Part shown: positions 52,335 through 63,452 of the stretch, piece after piece
Layout of the letters: each line of letters starts with the position of its first letter
How positions within the stretch are numbered: the stretch's first letter is position 1
Assembly (NCBI GenBank): GCA_020184695.1
Contig: JAANOX010000064.1
Span: forward strand, 1 to 64,000
From: Histomonas meleagridis 2922-C6/04-290x
Taxonomy: Eukaryota > Protista > Parabasalia
Direction: 5' to 3'
DNA: 64,000 nucleotides
The notes under the pieces: model-generated
Database searches by the model: none
The model's input: only the letters and a program-made list of their open reading frames with translations
What the model was told of the DNA's origin: nothing
Position numbers and translations under genes: made by a program

Positions 52335-54407
52335 TCAAGTGAGTTTTTGATGGATCCATTCGCTTATCTCAGTTGGATTGGATGCCATACGGTATGCATC
52401 GTTAACACACAATTTTTGGGCTTCATCTAAGAGCATTTGTTTCTTATCGATTGGAGCTTCTTCGGCGATTCTCTTCCTGATAGTCTCTCTTGGCCTGAAG
52501 TTCTGTGGTTGTGGTTGTGACTGGATCATTGTTGGTAAGTAGAATGCCTGTTGTGGAGGTAAGCTGCGGTCGCCAAATGGTCGATATTCAGATATGGTAA
52601 ATGATGAGTCGAATTGAGTTTGTAATTTGTATTTGTTCTTAAGGGCCTCTTCTGCACCCTTTTGCTCTTTGAAGATTATTAAGGCTGTTCCTTCTGACTC
52701 ACTGTTGTATTCATCATATAATACATTTGCTAATTCAATTGGTCCAATTTCGGAAGCTTCGAACTTATCACGAAGGTCCCTGTTGTTTGTAGTTTCGCCA
52801 ATGGCTTTGCAGAATAATGTTCTCTTACGAACTTCGGCCATTTCCTTAACTTTAAGATATTGCTTCAAATGCATTCTTGCGAGAATGTGATAACTAAGAA
52901 GATCGCATTTGATTCCTTGGCTCTTGAAGTATTTCATGGTTAATACAACTGTTTCATATGTCATTAGTGTAATGAAAGCAACTTTGGAATTTTCATAGCT
53001 CTTGATGAAAATAGCAATAGCTGCATTAATGTCATTAGCACGGAGTTTCTGATTGAGTGAATCCTGTGTTTCGTTCTTTGGCAAGTCATAGCAGATAACG
53101 GTTTTTCCCTTCAAATTATCACAGAAACCGCCGATGACGTCGTTTGGATTTAACGGTGGAAATACAAAAGTGTTTTTGACGCCGCTTTCGATTTGCGCGT
53201 TCTTGGCTTCCTCATATTTACTGAAGAGGATATAGCCAATTGATAACATGTGCGACGTTGGAACAATGCTAAGTGTTATGATTGTTCCATAAGCAGAAAA
53301 TTGATTGCGAAGATCTTCATATGTTGTTCGAGGTTCAACTTCATTGACTTGAAGAAGACCAACAGGCTCATGAACAATGCGTTTCTCATAGTATGGAAGA
53401 ACACAAATTGGTGTAACTTGTTCTCCAAATGTTGTATGATTCAATTCAGCGATTGCTTTGTTTCGGGCTTCTTTGGTTTCATACTGAGCAAAACCAGCAG
53501 CTTCACCGCCAGGCCTCTCGTTGATTTCAAGTAAGACAATCTTTCCAGCCTTTTCAAGATATTGCTGAATAGCGGCTTTATCAGAGATTGAAAAGTCAGA
53601 TAAGTATACACGAGTTTCTTCAATGATGCCTAAGACTAACAATAAGAGATCTCTACGTACACTTGTTAATACAGATAATTTATCATGATGAAATTCTGCA
53701 TTAGCTCTTGTTGCGCAGGCTTGGTTCTCGAATAATATAACACCATGTCCGTCGACAACAAAAGTGTTAAGAATGTTTCCATATTCTTTGAATAATTCCT
53801 TGAGATTCTTTTCATTGATAAGATCTGATGGACCTTCAACGCAAATTGTGTTCGAAGGAAGCTTTAAGAGGAAATCTTGACGTTTGTCGGCAGGCTTGTA
53901 AAATTCTACGGTTAATTTAGCATCTTGAATTGTGGCACCTTGAAGACTCTGATATGCTTTTTGTGCATCTTCTGCCCTTTCAAAGCTAACGTATCCAATA
54001 CCATTGGATTCACCCCTACGATTTCTTTGGATGCGGCATGATTTGACTCTTCCGAATTCCTGCATTGTTGAATGCAATTCTTGCTCATGGACATTAACAG
54101 GGAGGTTTGAAATAACGAGGTTAGCCATTGGGTCATGATCTCGTGAAGATGGGTCATACCATGAAATGCGAATTGGAACATTGTTAAGCTGTGTATAGTT
54201 GCATTCTTTTATGGCATTTTCGGCTTCCTCATGGGTGCTGAATGTAATAAATGCGTTAGCATTCTTTTGGAAGTTTCTCTTTGTGATTTGTAAAATTTTT
54301 CCATATGGAGAGAAAAAATCCTTTAACCAGTCTTCAGAAATATTAACTGGAAGATCTCCAACATAGATTCTTGTAGAGATTGATTGGTTGCTTGGATTAG
54401 CAGTCAT
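52335..54407 (-). CDS. Multi-RRM RNA-binding protein (PABP-like architecture)
   Basis: Contains IYVGDL/AFITF, LVISNL/GIGYVSF, AGFAQY, IGYILF and LFCKAI/GTALIIF (five or more RRMs). ATG at 54407. Confidence 0.85.
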   Translation of the reverse strand: MTANPSNQSISTRIYVGDLPVNISEDWLKDFFSPYGKILQITKRNFQKNANAFITFSTHEEAENAIKECNYTQLNNVPIRISWYDPSSRDHDPMANLVISNLPVNVHEQELHSTMQEFGRVKSCRIQRNRRGESNGIGYVSFERAEDAQKAYQSLQGATIQDAKLTVEFYKPADKRQDFLLKLPSNTICVEGPSDLINEKNLKELFKEYGNILNTFVVDGHGVILFENQACATRANAEFHHDKLSVLTSVRRDLLLLVLGIIEETRVYLSDFSISDKAAIQQYLEKAGKIVLLEINERPGGEAAGFAQYETKEARNKAIAELNHTTFGEQVTPICVLPYYEKRIVHEPVGLLQVNEVEPRTTYEDLRNQFSAYGTIITLSIVPTSHMLSIGYILFSKYEEAKNAQIESGVKNTFVFPPLNPNDVIGGFCDNLKGKTVICYDLPKNETQDSLNQKLRANDINAAIAIFIKSYENSKVAFITLMTYETVVLTMKYFKSQGIKCDLLSYHILARMHLKQYLKVKEMAEVRKRTLFCKAIGETTNNRDLRDKFEASEIGPIELANVLYDEYNSESEGTALIIFKEQKGAEEALKNKYKLQTQFDSSFTISEYRPFGDRSLPPQQAFYLPTMIQSQPQPQNFRPRETIRKRIAEEAPIDKKQMLLDEAQKLCVNDAYRMASNPTEISEWIHQKLT

Positions 54408-54805
54408 TTTGATAAAGTGTAGGGCCAAACCTATTCAATTGCCCCCGGAAAAGTCCAAAAAGGGTAATCCAAGCATTCAATTTTCTGATAAACCGGGCGA
54501 TGACTATCGTTGTGGCCAGATCTTTTGGTATCTTTTTTTCGCATGATCTACCGAATTTAAAGTCAAAATTCTCGTTCATTTTTAGAATTTAAATATATTA
54601 TTGTGGGATAAATTAATGACTCTGTCTTTTTTCCTGAAAAATTTTTCAAATTTGATAATCCGCTTGATATTGAATCATAAATTTGGAATATTTATGATTT
54701 TGGATTTGATAGCAGAAAGAAGGTTAAGACAATGTTATAATTTATTTACATTATAATTTTTGTTTCGATTATCTCCAAAATTTTCTCGTTGAAGAAACGA
54801 TAGGT

Positions 54806-54814
54806 GTCACTTTT
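54806..54814 (+). promoter_or_regulatory. Initiator-like GTCACTTTT upstream of the ATG at 54820
   Basis: TCACT motif ending 8 nt before the start codon. The same 9-mer occurs about 35 nt upstream of the Hsp70-like gene on its coding strand (50780-50788). Confidence 0.55.
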
Positions 54815-54819
54815 TTAAA

Positions 54820-55803
54820 ATGTCTTTTCCAGCTGACCAGTTCGAAAGTGATGAATTTGAAATTTTAATGGATGACACATTTCATGCTGTCGGAAAGGCT
54901 GGCCTCCAAATTCAACTTACGCCAACTTCATTATACCTTACAAATAAACATATTTTCTTAAAACCTCGAGTTGAGATTGAAATGATACGCCAAATATCAA
55001 TAAAAGACATATCAAAGTTTAATAACACAATCATTAATGATTGCCCTACTCTCGATATAATTTGTGAAAAATCAGATCAAAGAATCTACATTTTTATACC
55101 TGATGAAAAACGCAAAGAAGTGTTTACTAATATTCTTAAAACCCTTCATTCTAAGGTCATCGAAAGCCAAGAAGCCTGCAATAAGTATGCTATTCTTCTT
55201 CGCCATAAAATCCAAGAATTCCAATCACTACAAGACTTTTGTTCCAACGGCGACTATGATGAGCTATCCCAAATTGAACAACGTAACAAAGCCACTGTTA
55301 ATATTGTCAAATATCATCTTCGTTTTCTGAATCTTTTTGATTTCCTAGCCGACCTTACAGAAGCCTCACCATTTCTACTATTTTCATTTTTATTTTTTTC
55401 CATTGTTGTCCTATCTCTCATCTTTGAACATTACTCATTTGGAGGTTTTGTTTGCTGTGCGTTTTTACTACTTTTAATACGTAATGCCCTCTTTAAGCTA
55501 ACAGATAATAGCCCAAAGCCTAAGGAAGAGGAGCATTTTGAAGGAATTGATGAGGAAATTCGTCCATTAATTGAATCAACTAAAAAATTCCAACAATCAA
55601 TCGATAAAAGACTTCGATGGAAAAACCCAACAGCTTCATTTGAAGTCGCATTGTTTGCATTTATATTGTTGTTGATGTTTATATTTTTGGATCCTGTGTT
55701 TTTGTTGATAGTTTCGATATTTTTGTTAGCATTCTTCGAAAGATGGGACCCACTGAATATTGGATCACTTCCGAATATTTTATCTCGTTTAATTTTTTGG
55801 TAA
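54820..55803 (+). CDS. Hypothetical membrane protein with N-terminal PH/GRAM-like domain
   Basis: PTSLYLTNKHIFLKP beta-rich N-terminus, followed by two hydrophobic hairpin regions. Confidence 0.55.
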   Translation: MSFPADQFESDEFEILMDDTFHAVGKAGLQIQLTPTSLYLTNKHIFLKPRVEIEMIRQISIKDISKFNNTIINDCPTLDIICEKSDQRIYIFIPDEKRKEVFTNILKTLHSKVIESQEACNKYAILLRHKIQEFQSLQDFCSNGDYDELSQIEQRNKATVNIVKYHLRFLNLFDFLADLTEASPFLLFSFLFFSIVVLSLIFEHYSFGGFVCCAFLLLLIRNALFKLTDNSPKPKEEEHFEGIDEEIRPLIESTKKFQQSIDKRLRWKNPTASFEVALFAFILLLMFIFLDPVFLLIVSIFLLAFFERWDPLNIGSLPNILSRLIFW

Positions 55804-56196
55804 TGAATAAAAATGTTATGTTGAGTAATTGTTATAAAGTTCACATTTTTCTGATTTTCTTCAGAATAATAAGTTTTTTTAAAAAATTCTTTCTTTGAGA
55901 AGGATAATGAATCTCGATTATCATGATATATAAAGCATTTTGGAGAAAGGAATCTTGAATTATAAAAATATTTTTATATACTTATAAATTTTGCAATCAA
56001 TTAGTTTGGTGTTATTTAAATTAATTTATTTAAACAGGAAATACTTCTTCTTCAGGCGACCGTTTATTTCACAGCGTTCAAAGATTATTTTCATAATTGG
56101 CCTTACCCAATTTGACAAGAAAAAAAATAATATTCACTTAAAAAGTGTATGTCAAAAGTTAACTTTTGTTTACGGCTCCAACGTTTGGGGGAATTA

Positions 56197-57659
56197 TGAA
56201 TACTTTACAATGTAAACTGATCATGCAGAAAAAATCATCCCTCAACAGGCCACAACCACCTGCTCCAATTACGCGTTACATTGCACCAGCAAGAAAGTCA
56301 TCGTTATGTGGCACAAAAGAAAAGACAACAACTAAAAAAACTCAAATTCGAAGTTCTGCAAATTCTCTTATTCCACTTTCATCAACCAAAAATTCCATTG
56401 CATTATCACAAAATACTTTCCCTATTCTTCGTGATCACGTCATACCCAAAATTACAAATCCTCCAATTACGCCACAAGAAGCCATTTCACAATTTCCCGA
56501 ATTTCTTACAAACTACGAGAAAGAGGAGATCCTTAACTATCCAGATATCTATTTTATAGGTGATCCACTTAAAAAAATTAAACCTAAAAAATCAAGTACC
56601 AATCCAAATTATGGGTTTGATTATGCAACACATCATTACCGAGTCACAGTTAGTGACCACATTTGTTATCGTTATGAAATTAAATCAATTCTTGGTAAAG
56701 GAGCATTTGGTCAAGTCCTTAAATGTTTCGACCATAAAACGCAGGAAACTGTTGCCCTCAAAATCCTAATCAATACCGAACAAATGAAAACGCAAGGTAA
56801 TTCAGAAATAAATATACTCAAAATACTTAATGAAAAGGATGTAAATGGAAATAGTCACATCCTCAAAATATTCGATTCGTTCGAGTTCAGAAGTCACATT
56901 TGTTTTTCGTTCGAACTTCTTGGACAAAATCTATATGACTATTGTAAGACGAACTCGTTTAAGCCATGGTCAATTCGGCAGATCAGAACTGTTATGAGGC
57001 AAGTGTTTATTGCTTTGGCTTATACCCATGCAAGTGGATTTGTACATTGTGATATCAAACCAGAAAATATCCTTTTCTTACCCAATTCTACAACAAAGAT
57101 TCGACTGATAGATTATGGTACTGCGTGTAAAATTGGTGAACCTCATTTTAATTATATTCAAAGCCGATATTATCGAGCACCAGAAGTTATATTGGGGTTA
57201 CAATTCGGCCCCCCAATTGATATATGGAGCGTAGGGTGTATGATAGCAGAGCTTGTAAAAGGTACACCAATGTTCCAAGGTGAAAATGAGGTTCATCAAT
57301 TACAATTACATATGACAGTACTTGGTATGCCACCTTTACATATGATAACTAAGTCCCCCAGGAAGCAAATGTTTTTTGATGAAAATAATAAGCCTTTAAG
57401 AGGAACTGGACATTCTTTTAAAGTTGGCGGATCAACAATTTCAAAGTCAACGACAATAACCGACAAAAAACTGCTCGATTTGTTAAAGGGGTGCCTCGAG
57501 TGGGACCCGAATAAACGGTTGACCGCTGAACAAGCTTTACATCATCCATTCTTTCAAGAATGCGAAAATGTCGTAAAGGCGGAAGAAATAAAAAGGTCAC
57601 AGACACCAACAAATACTGGAAGAAAAACAACTTCTTCAAAACCGGTTTCGAAAAAATAA
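56197..57659 (+). CDS. DYRK-family (DYRK2/Pom1-like) CMGC kinase
   Basis: Contains DH-box-like YGFDYATHHY, LGKGAFGQV, HCDIKPENI, IDYGT, YIQSRYYRAPEV and DIWSVGC. The start could be 56197 or 56224. Confidence 0.93.
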
Positions 57660-57711
57660 AAATGTTTTGTCAAACAAAGATAGTCAATTTGTTGTACGTT
57701 TATTGGAAAAG

Positions 57712-60700
57712 ATGGAAGAAGAAGACTTATTACAGTCAACTTCTTCGTATTCAGGTGATGAAAAAAGTACTTTTGCTGAAGATGCTTTAAAACAAATCGG
57801 GAAGTCATTACAACAAGATGATCAAAAATCTGAACTTGATTCTTCTTTAATTTCGAATTCAAATATGACTGGAATCAATATATACCCAACAGAAATTAGA
57901 TTTCCGACGACGTTTCCAAATATGGTATCATTACAAAATATATTAATAACAAATAAATCTTTATCAGACGAAAAATTTTCTATTTTTATAAAAGGAGATG
58001 AGAATTTTGATGCAAATGGAATAAGCGAAATAAGAGTTGAGTCAGGTACAGCTAATTCTATTTTAATTAAATTTCATCCAATAGATCCTATTTTGTATCA
58101 AGCATCAGTTCAAATTGAAGGTAGAATCTCTTTTAGTGTTCCTCTTATTGGTCATTGTATTCCTTCACCTTTAAATTTTCCATCTATTGATTCTAATTTT
58201 TGGCATTTTCCTAAATCTTCCACATGTAAAAAAATTCCCTTTGAAAACAATTCATATTCATTACCCATTGACATTAAAGTTTCATCAAATTCACCAGCAA
58301 TTACAATAACTCCACTTTTTCTTCATCTTGATCCAAATACAAAAGGCACAATTCAGCTTAATTTCAATCCCCAAACTCATAATTTCCAAACTGATCCCAG
58401 TATTCGAATCACATGCGAAATCACTGGTGATGATATCACAATTCCATTTACAATAATTGGCTCTAAATCCACAAAAGTTGTTGACTTTGGATCAATAACA
58501 TCAGGATCAATCATATCCAAGCGAATTATTTTAGAATCTCCACAACCGATTCCAGATGCATTGTGGCCCTTTTCAATTGTCAACTCAGACCCAAGTAAAT
58601 TTGAATCGAAAGAATTTGTATTCACGATTTCACCAAAAGCGCCACCAGCAACATATCGTTCAACTTTACATTTTCTTGGATTTGACATTGAACTTATTGC
58701 AAATGTTTGTAAATCTCCTTATGATGTTATCTTTCCATTTGATTTCCCTAAATCTCCTTTAGCAATACGAAACAACGCAAACACTAAAATAAGTTTAAGT
58801 TTTTCATTTCCATTAAAATATATAATTAAAAAACGCGAAATTGAAATTGAACCAAATAAAACATTTCTATTGAATGTAAAAGAAAATGAAACTTATTTAA
58901 ATAATAATCCAAATAAAACGGAATTTTTATCTGTGTTATGGAAAAATGGAAATGGAAAACTTGTTGTTGATCATATTAAAATTCCGATAAAAGAAAAAAT
59001 CGAGAAAAATATTACTGAATTCCAAATCGACGAAAATTTACTATTAAATTCCGAATCAAGTTCATCAGAAGAATTAAAAACTCAAAGTAATATATCATTA
59101 ATTCAAACGACAAACGAAAATATATTATTCTCTCCAATAAGTAAGAAAAAAAGTTATAATGAAGAAACAGAAAATTTATCACTTTCCGATTTAAATTTAA
59201 CAAAAAATATAAATATTTCATTTATACCATTTTTCGCAGTTAATTCATTTCCAACAACTTTTTGTCTTCCATTTGAATCAACAAAAAATTTTGAAATTAT
59301 TTCACCTGATTATATTAAAATTAATAAAAACATAAAAAATTTTGTAATCGAATATCAAAATATAAATGAAATGGAATCTTCTGATTGTTTAAAAGTCGTT
59401 TCTAATAATGAAATACTTTTTGAAATTCCAATTTTTTGTTATAATTATGAATCTAAACTTGAGTTTTCTAAATTAATTCATTGTGATAATAATAATAATT
59501 CTGCTGAAATGATTGTAACTAATAAAGGAAAACGAATTGGTTTTGTGACTTTTATATTAAATAATAATGAAAATGTTATAATTAATCCTTTTTCGAAGTT
59601 AATTAAACCTAAAGAATCACAAAAATTTATTTTTCATTTCGATAAAAATTTAATTCCTGATGAGACTAATGTATCTATAGTTACTGGGGATGAAATAATT
59701 AGAGAAATTAGAGCTGAAATCGATAAAAATGAAATTTGTTATAAAAACTTTTTACAGTTTAATAAAGAAAATGAAATAATTTCCTTTAAGCAATTTTTTA
59801 ATAAAATTTCTACTGTTGAACTTTTAAATGAAACTCAAAAACATATTTTTATTAATAAATTAAGTTTCATTTCTAATTCTCAAATTACTTTTCATCCGTC
59901 AACATTAGAATTTGATAAATTGAATTCTTTTCGAACATTAGAAATTGAAAATTGTGGTTTAACGAATATAGAATTAAAATTTAATTATCAAAAAGAAATT
60001 ATTTCCATTTCGTCTAAAAATTTAATAATTCCATCAAAATCAACAAAACAAATATCAATTTATTTACTTAAAGAAGCACAAACAAATTTAATAATCAAAT
60101 ATAAAAATGAAAAATTTATATTTCCAATAAAATATACGAAATATTCTCTAAATAAGGAAAATAATATTGATATCGATTCTAAAAAAATTATTTTCGGTAA
60201 TATCGAAATAGGTAAACAATCTAAAAAAATATTAAAACTAAAAAATAATTCATCTTTTGTTCAAAATGTTTATTTTAAATTTGTTGGATCGAATGTTTTC
60301 TTTTGTTTAAAGCATATACAGATAAATCCGAATGAGACAATTGAACATGAAATTGTTTTTATACCAAAAGAAATTCAAAAGTTTAAAGGTAATCTATTTG
60401 TTTATGGAAAAAAATTAAATTACGTTATTGATCTCGTCGGAATAGGTACTAAAAAACTTAATAAAATCTTCTTTCCAACATCTAAAGTTGGAAGAATTAA
60501 AAGAATTCAAGTAAAAGTAGCAAATTATAGCGATGATCAAATTAATATGGAAGCTAATACAAATGCTCCTTTTTTCACACCGATTTCTCATTTTACTGTT
60601 GATCCAAAGTGTTATGTGTTACTTCCCGTTCATTTTGTTCCTTTAAAAAAAGGAAAGTTTATGGATAATTTGGTGATATCTTCGAAAAATGGTCAAGAAA

Positions 60701-60732
60701 GCGTAATTGAATTGATTGGTTCTTGTGAATAA
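57712..60732 (+). CDS. Multi-ASH (Ig-like) domain protein, CEP192/SPD-2-like
   Basis: Repeated ASH-type units (IRFPTTFPN, VDFGSI, IIFGNIEIGK, IFFPTSKVG). NKGKRIGFV, VTGDEIIREI and CYVLLPVHFVPLKKGKF resemble the CEP192 C-terminal domains. First ATG is at 57712. Confidence 0.65.
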   Translation: MEEEDLLQSTSSYSGDEKSTFAEDALKQIGKSLQQDDQKSELDSSLISNSNMTGINIYPTEIRFPTTFPNMVSLQNILITNKSLSDEKFSIFIKGDENFDANGISEIRVESGTANSILIKFHPIDPILYQASVQIEGRISFSVPLIGHCIPSPLNFPSIDSNFWHFPKSSTCKKIPFENNSYSLPIDIKVSSNSPAITITPLFLHLDPNTKGTIQLNFNPQTHNFQTDPSIRITCEITGDDITIPFTIIGSKSTKVVDFGSITSGSIISKRIILESPQPIPDALWPFSIVNSDPSKFESKEFVFTISPKAPPATYRSTLHFLGFDIELIANVCKSPYDVIFPFDFPKSPLAIRNNANTKISLSFSFPLKYIIKKREIEIEPNKTFLLNVKENETYLNNNPNKTEFLSVLWKNGNGKLVVDHIKIPIKEKIEKNITEFQIDENLLLNSESSSSEELKTQSNISLIQTTNENILFSPISKKKSYNEETENLSLSDLNLTKNINISFIPFFAVNSFPTTFCLPFESTKNFEIISPDYIKINKNIKNFVIEYQNINEMESSDCLKVVSNNEILFEIPIFCYNYESKLEFSKLIHCDNNNNSAEMIVTNKGKRIGFVTFILNNNENVIINPFSKLIKPKESQKFIFHFDKNLIPDETNVSIVTGDEIIREIRAEIDKNEICYKNFLQFNKENEIISFKQFFNKISTVELLNETQKHIFINKLSFISNSQITFHPSTLEFDKLNSFRTLEIENCGLTNIELKFNYQKEIISISSKNLIIPSKSTKQISIYLLKEAQTNLIIKYKNEKFIFPIKYTKYSLNKENNIDIDSKKIIFGNIEIGKQSKKILKLKNNSSFVQNVYFKFVGSNVFFCLKHIQINPNETIEHEIVFIPKEIQKFKGNLFVYGKKLNYVIDLVGIGTKKLNKIFFPTSKVGRIKRIQVKVANYSDDQINMEANTNAPFFTPISHFTVDPKCYVLLPVHFVPLKKGKFMDNLVISSKNGQESVIELIGSCE

Positions 60733-60866
60733 ATTGTTTATACTTTCAGATTCTTTATATAATTTTTGTTCTTATTTGACACAAAATAAAAAGTGGGAAA
60801 TTGAGGATTTGTTTATTTAATTTATTATTTTGGTCCTTTCAACAAAAATTTATTAAATATACAAAT

Positions 60867-63452
60867 CTATATATTTCTTATTAATGATCGAATTTTATTA
60901 TAAATGTATTTCCATGAATCTATTGGAGTCCCCCATCGAAGTTTATTTTCTATGGATTTTTTAACTTTTGATTTATTTGATACTTGTTCAGTAAGAATTG
61001 GAATGTTTTTTAATGATTCATTATTCAATGATATATTTAGATATTTAAATTTTAATAAAATTTTATTTTCATTATTATTGAATATCATGAAATATGGATA
61101 AAGATTATCTTGATCAAGTTTGAATATATATGTATTGTTTTGATTGAATATTTTCTCTCCTATGTCATATTCACTAAATGTTCTATCATTATTTTTCGAT
61201 TTCCAAATACTTGAAAAATTATCTAATCTATTGGAAGTAATTTGAATACCTCCATAAGTATTATTGTCTGGTTTTGCATAAAAATAAGCAATTTCAAATT
61301 CCTTAAATAAGTATTTATTTTTTTTACGCTTTTTAATTTTATAGATTGGTGTTTGACATAGATTTCCATTATGTAGTTCGTCACATTCTAATATACCATT
61401 TTTACATTCTCCTTTCTTATTGAATATGCATATGTCATCTTCTGAAAAGATTAAAAATTCTGGATTCGTTGTTGTGTCTTCATGGGAGAATGGTCCTGTT
61501 GCAACAATAGAAACTTTTGCATGATCACAATTCTTATTGCTAAAAATATGTATTGTATATTCCCCAATTTCTAATTCTTTTTCATAAATTATTATTTTTT
61601 CATTGGTTGATAAATGCTCCTCTTGTTTTTTTCTTTTGTGATTCCCTAAAAAAGCTTTACCAGATTTTGAAACTACAACTAAATCTAAGTCATTATGTAT
61701 TGGTATTAATGAATCAATTGAGGTGGCTATATCAAGATAAGATATTGTAATTCTTAAAGGTGAAATTTTACTATTGATTTTGATTTTGGTTGAATAATGT
61801 TTTCGACCAGTTATCTCAAATGTTTTACTTACTCTTAATCCAAATTCACATTTACTATCAAGAGGTAATAATGTAGAAAGATCTACTAATCCATGACCAA
61901 AATAATTATTTGGAATTCTGCTATTATATACATTAACTGCTGAATTAATTAAACATGCTCGAAGTAATGTTGAATCTGGATTAATTTTTGTTTTCAAGTA
62001 TCTTCCTTCTGTAAAATATTCTCTTACAAGGGCAGCAGCTCCAGAAACTAATGGTGTTGAAACTGATGTTCCTTCAACATAAAACTTTTTATTTTTGTTG
62101 CTTTTTTCAAATGAATCAATTACTACATTTCCTGAAGCTATAACATCCGGTTTTTGAACTCCTTTAGTAGTTGGTCCGATTGCTGAATAATCTGCATGAT
62201 GAAATCTAATTCTATTTTGATCAAATTTATATTTGATATTCAAAATTGTTATGTTTTTTCTAACATGTTGTGCAATATTAGAGTTATTGCAATAAATAAC
62301 ACAATAACCTGATTGATTAATATGGTTATTAATAATATTTCTTTTTTTAGAATTAACATTATAGATAATTATAATTATTTTATTGTTTCTTAAATTTTTG
62401 ATCATTTTTATATATTTGCTATTTTTGCCATCTATTAAAATTGCAATGCTTTTTCGAGGAGGAATATTATCTGATATATTATATAAAGTGAAAGTTTCAT
62501 TATATAAAATATTTTCGTGATCAAGATTTCTTAAATATTTATGAGCATAGAAAACAGTTCCATCTTCTGTTTCCATTTTTAAAATTATATAATAAAATAA
62601 TTTAATATTATCAACTGAACCGACTGTAAGAACATTACTACAAGTGGCTGGTGATTCAATTGAAAAATTATTACCAAAATTTCCTGCACAAAATATAAAC
62701 AAAACAGAAGAAATATTATATGCAATTTTTTGATAGTGATAATCCAGAATTTTATCTAAACCATTAGCAGTCCAACTATTTGAAACAATATATGCGCCAA
62801 TTTTTCTTAATTTTTGCATCATTTCTTCTAGTTTATATGGAAACTTATTACATGTGGATAAATCACCCATAAAAGCAATTTTGGCATTTGGTACAATACT
62901 TTTGAATTGGTTAGTAGAATTATTATTTAATTTACCAGCAAGAATACTTGCAATTTGTGTTCCATGTATTTTATTTATAATTTTTTTCTTTAGTGTGTTT
63001 AAATCAGTTGATTTAACACCATTAATACAATGTTCAGGGTTATAATATACAAATTTCCTGTGATTTGTGATAATTTTATTAAACATAAGATTGAAAGACG
63101 TAATTTGGGGGTCATTGAATAATGGGTGATCCCAATCAATTGGGTTATCAACAATAGCTATGATTTGGTTCATACCAGTAAGGTTAAACAGTTCTAAATT
63201 ATTTTCAATCATTGTGTCAGCTGAAGTCTTATGATTAAAAAATGTTGAATTTCCATTTTTTTGGAAGCTACTAATGAAATAAGCTTTGGGTTTCATATTA
63301 ATCTGAAAAGAAATATTTTCTTCCTTGATTTTACTATTCCCCTGTTTATTATTATGTGGAATAAAGTTAGTTGAAGGATCAAATATTGAAATTAGAGGAT
63401 TGTTTTTTGACCAAAGTGATAATTCAAGTGAAAGAAATATAAAGAAGAACAT
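60867..63452 (-). CDS. Secreted subtilisin-like S8 serine peptidase (KP-43/TagC-like)
   Basis: Signal-like N-terminus, catalytic AIVD, IHGTQIAS, oxyanion CAGN and VEGTSVSTPLVSGAA. Also KPDVIASG, NNYFGHGLVDL, NDLDLVV and an EGF-like Cys cluster. Confidence 0.9.
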   Translation of the reverse strand: MFFFIFLSLELSLWSKNNPLISIFDPSTNFIPHNNKQGNSKIKEENISFQINMKPKAYFISSFQKNGNSTFFNHKTSADTMIENNLELFNLTGMNQIIAIVDNPIDWDHPLFNDPQITSFNLMFNKIITNHRKFVYYNPEHCINGVKSTDLNTLKKKIINKIHGTQIASILAGKLNNNSTNQFKSIVPNAKIAFMGDLSTCNKFPYKLEEMMQKLRKIGAYIVSNSWTANGLDKILDYHYQKIAYNISSVLFIFCAGNFGNNFSIESPATCSNVLTVGSVDNIKLFYYIILKMETEDGTVFYAHKYLRNLDHENILYNETFTLYNISDNIPPRKSIAILIDGKNSKYIKMIKNLRNNKIIIIIYNVNSKKRNIINNHINQSGYCVIYCNNSNIAQHVRKNITILNIKYKFDQNRIRFHHADYSAIGPTTKGVQKPDVIASGNVVIDSFEKSNKNKKFYVEGTSVSTPLVSGAAALVREYFTEGRYLKTKINPDSTLLRACLINSAVNVYNSRIPNNYFGHGLVDLSTLLPLDSKCEFGLRVSKTFEITGRKHYSTKIKINSKISPLRITISYLDIATSIDSLIPIHNDLDLVVVSKSGKAFLGNHKRKKQEEHLSTNEKIIIYEKELEIGEYTIHIFSNKNCDHAKVSIVATGPFSHEDTTTNPEFLIFSEDDICIFNKKGECKNGILECDELHNGNLCQTPIYKIKKRKKNKYLFKEFEIAYFYAKPDNNTYGGIQITSNRLDNFSSIWKSKNNDRTFSEYDIGEKIFNQNNTYIFKLDQDNLYPYFMIFNNNENKILLKFKYLNISLNNESLKNIPILTEQVSNKSKVKKSIENKLRWGTPIDSWKYIYNKIRSLIRNI

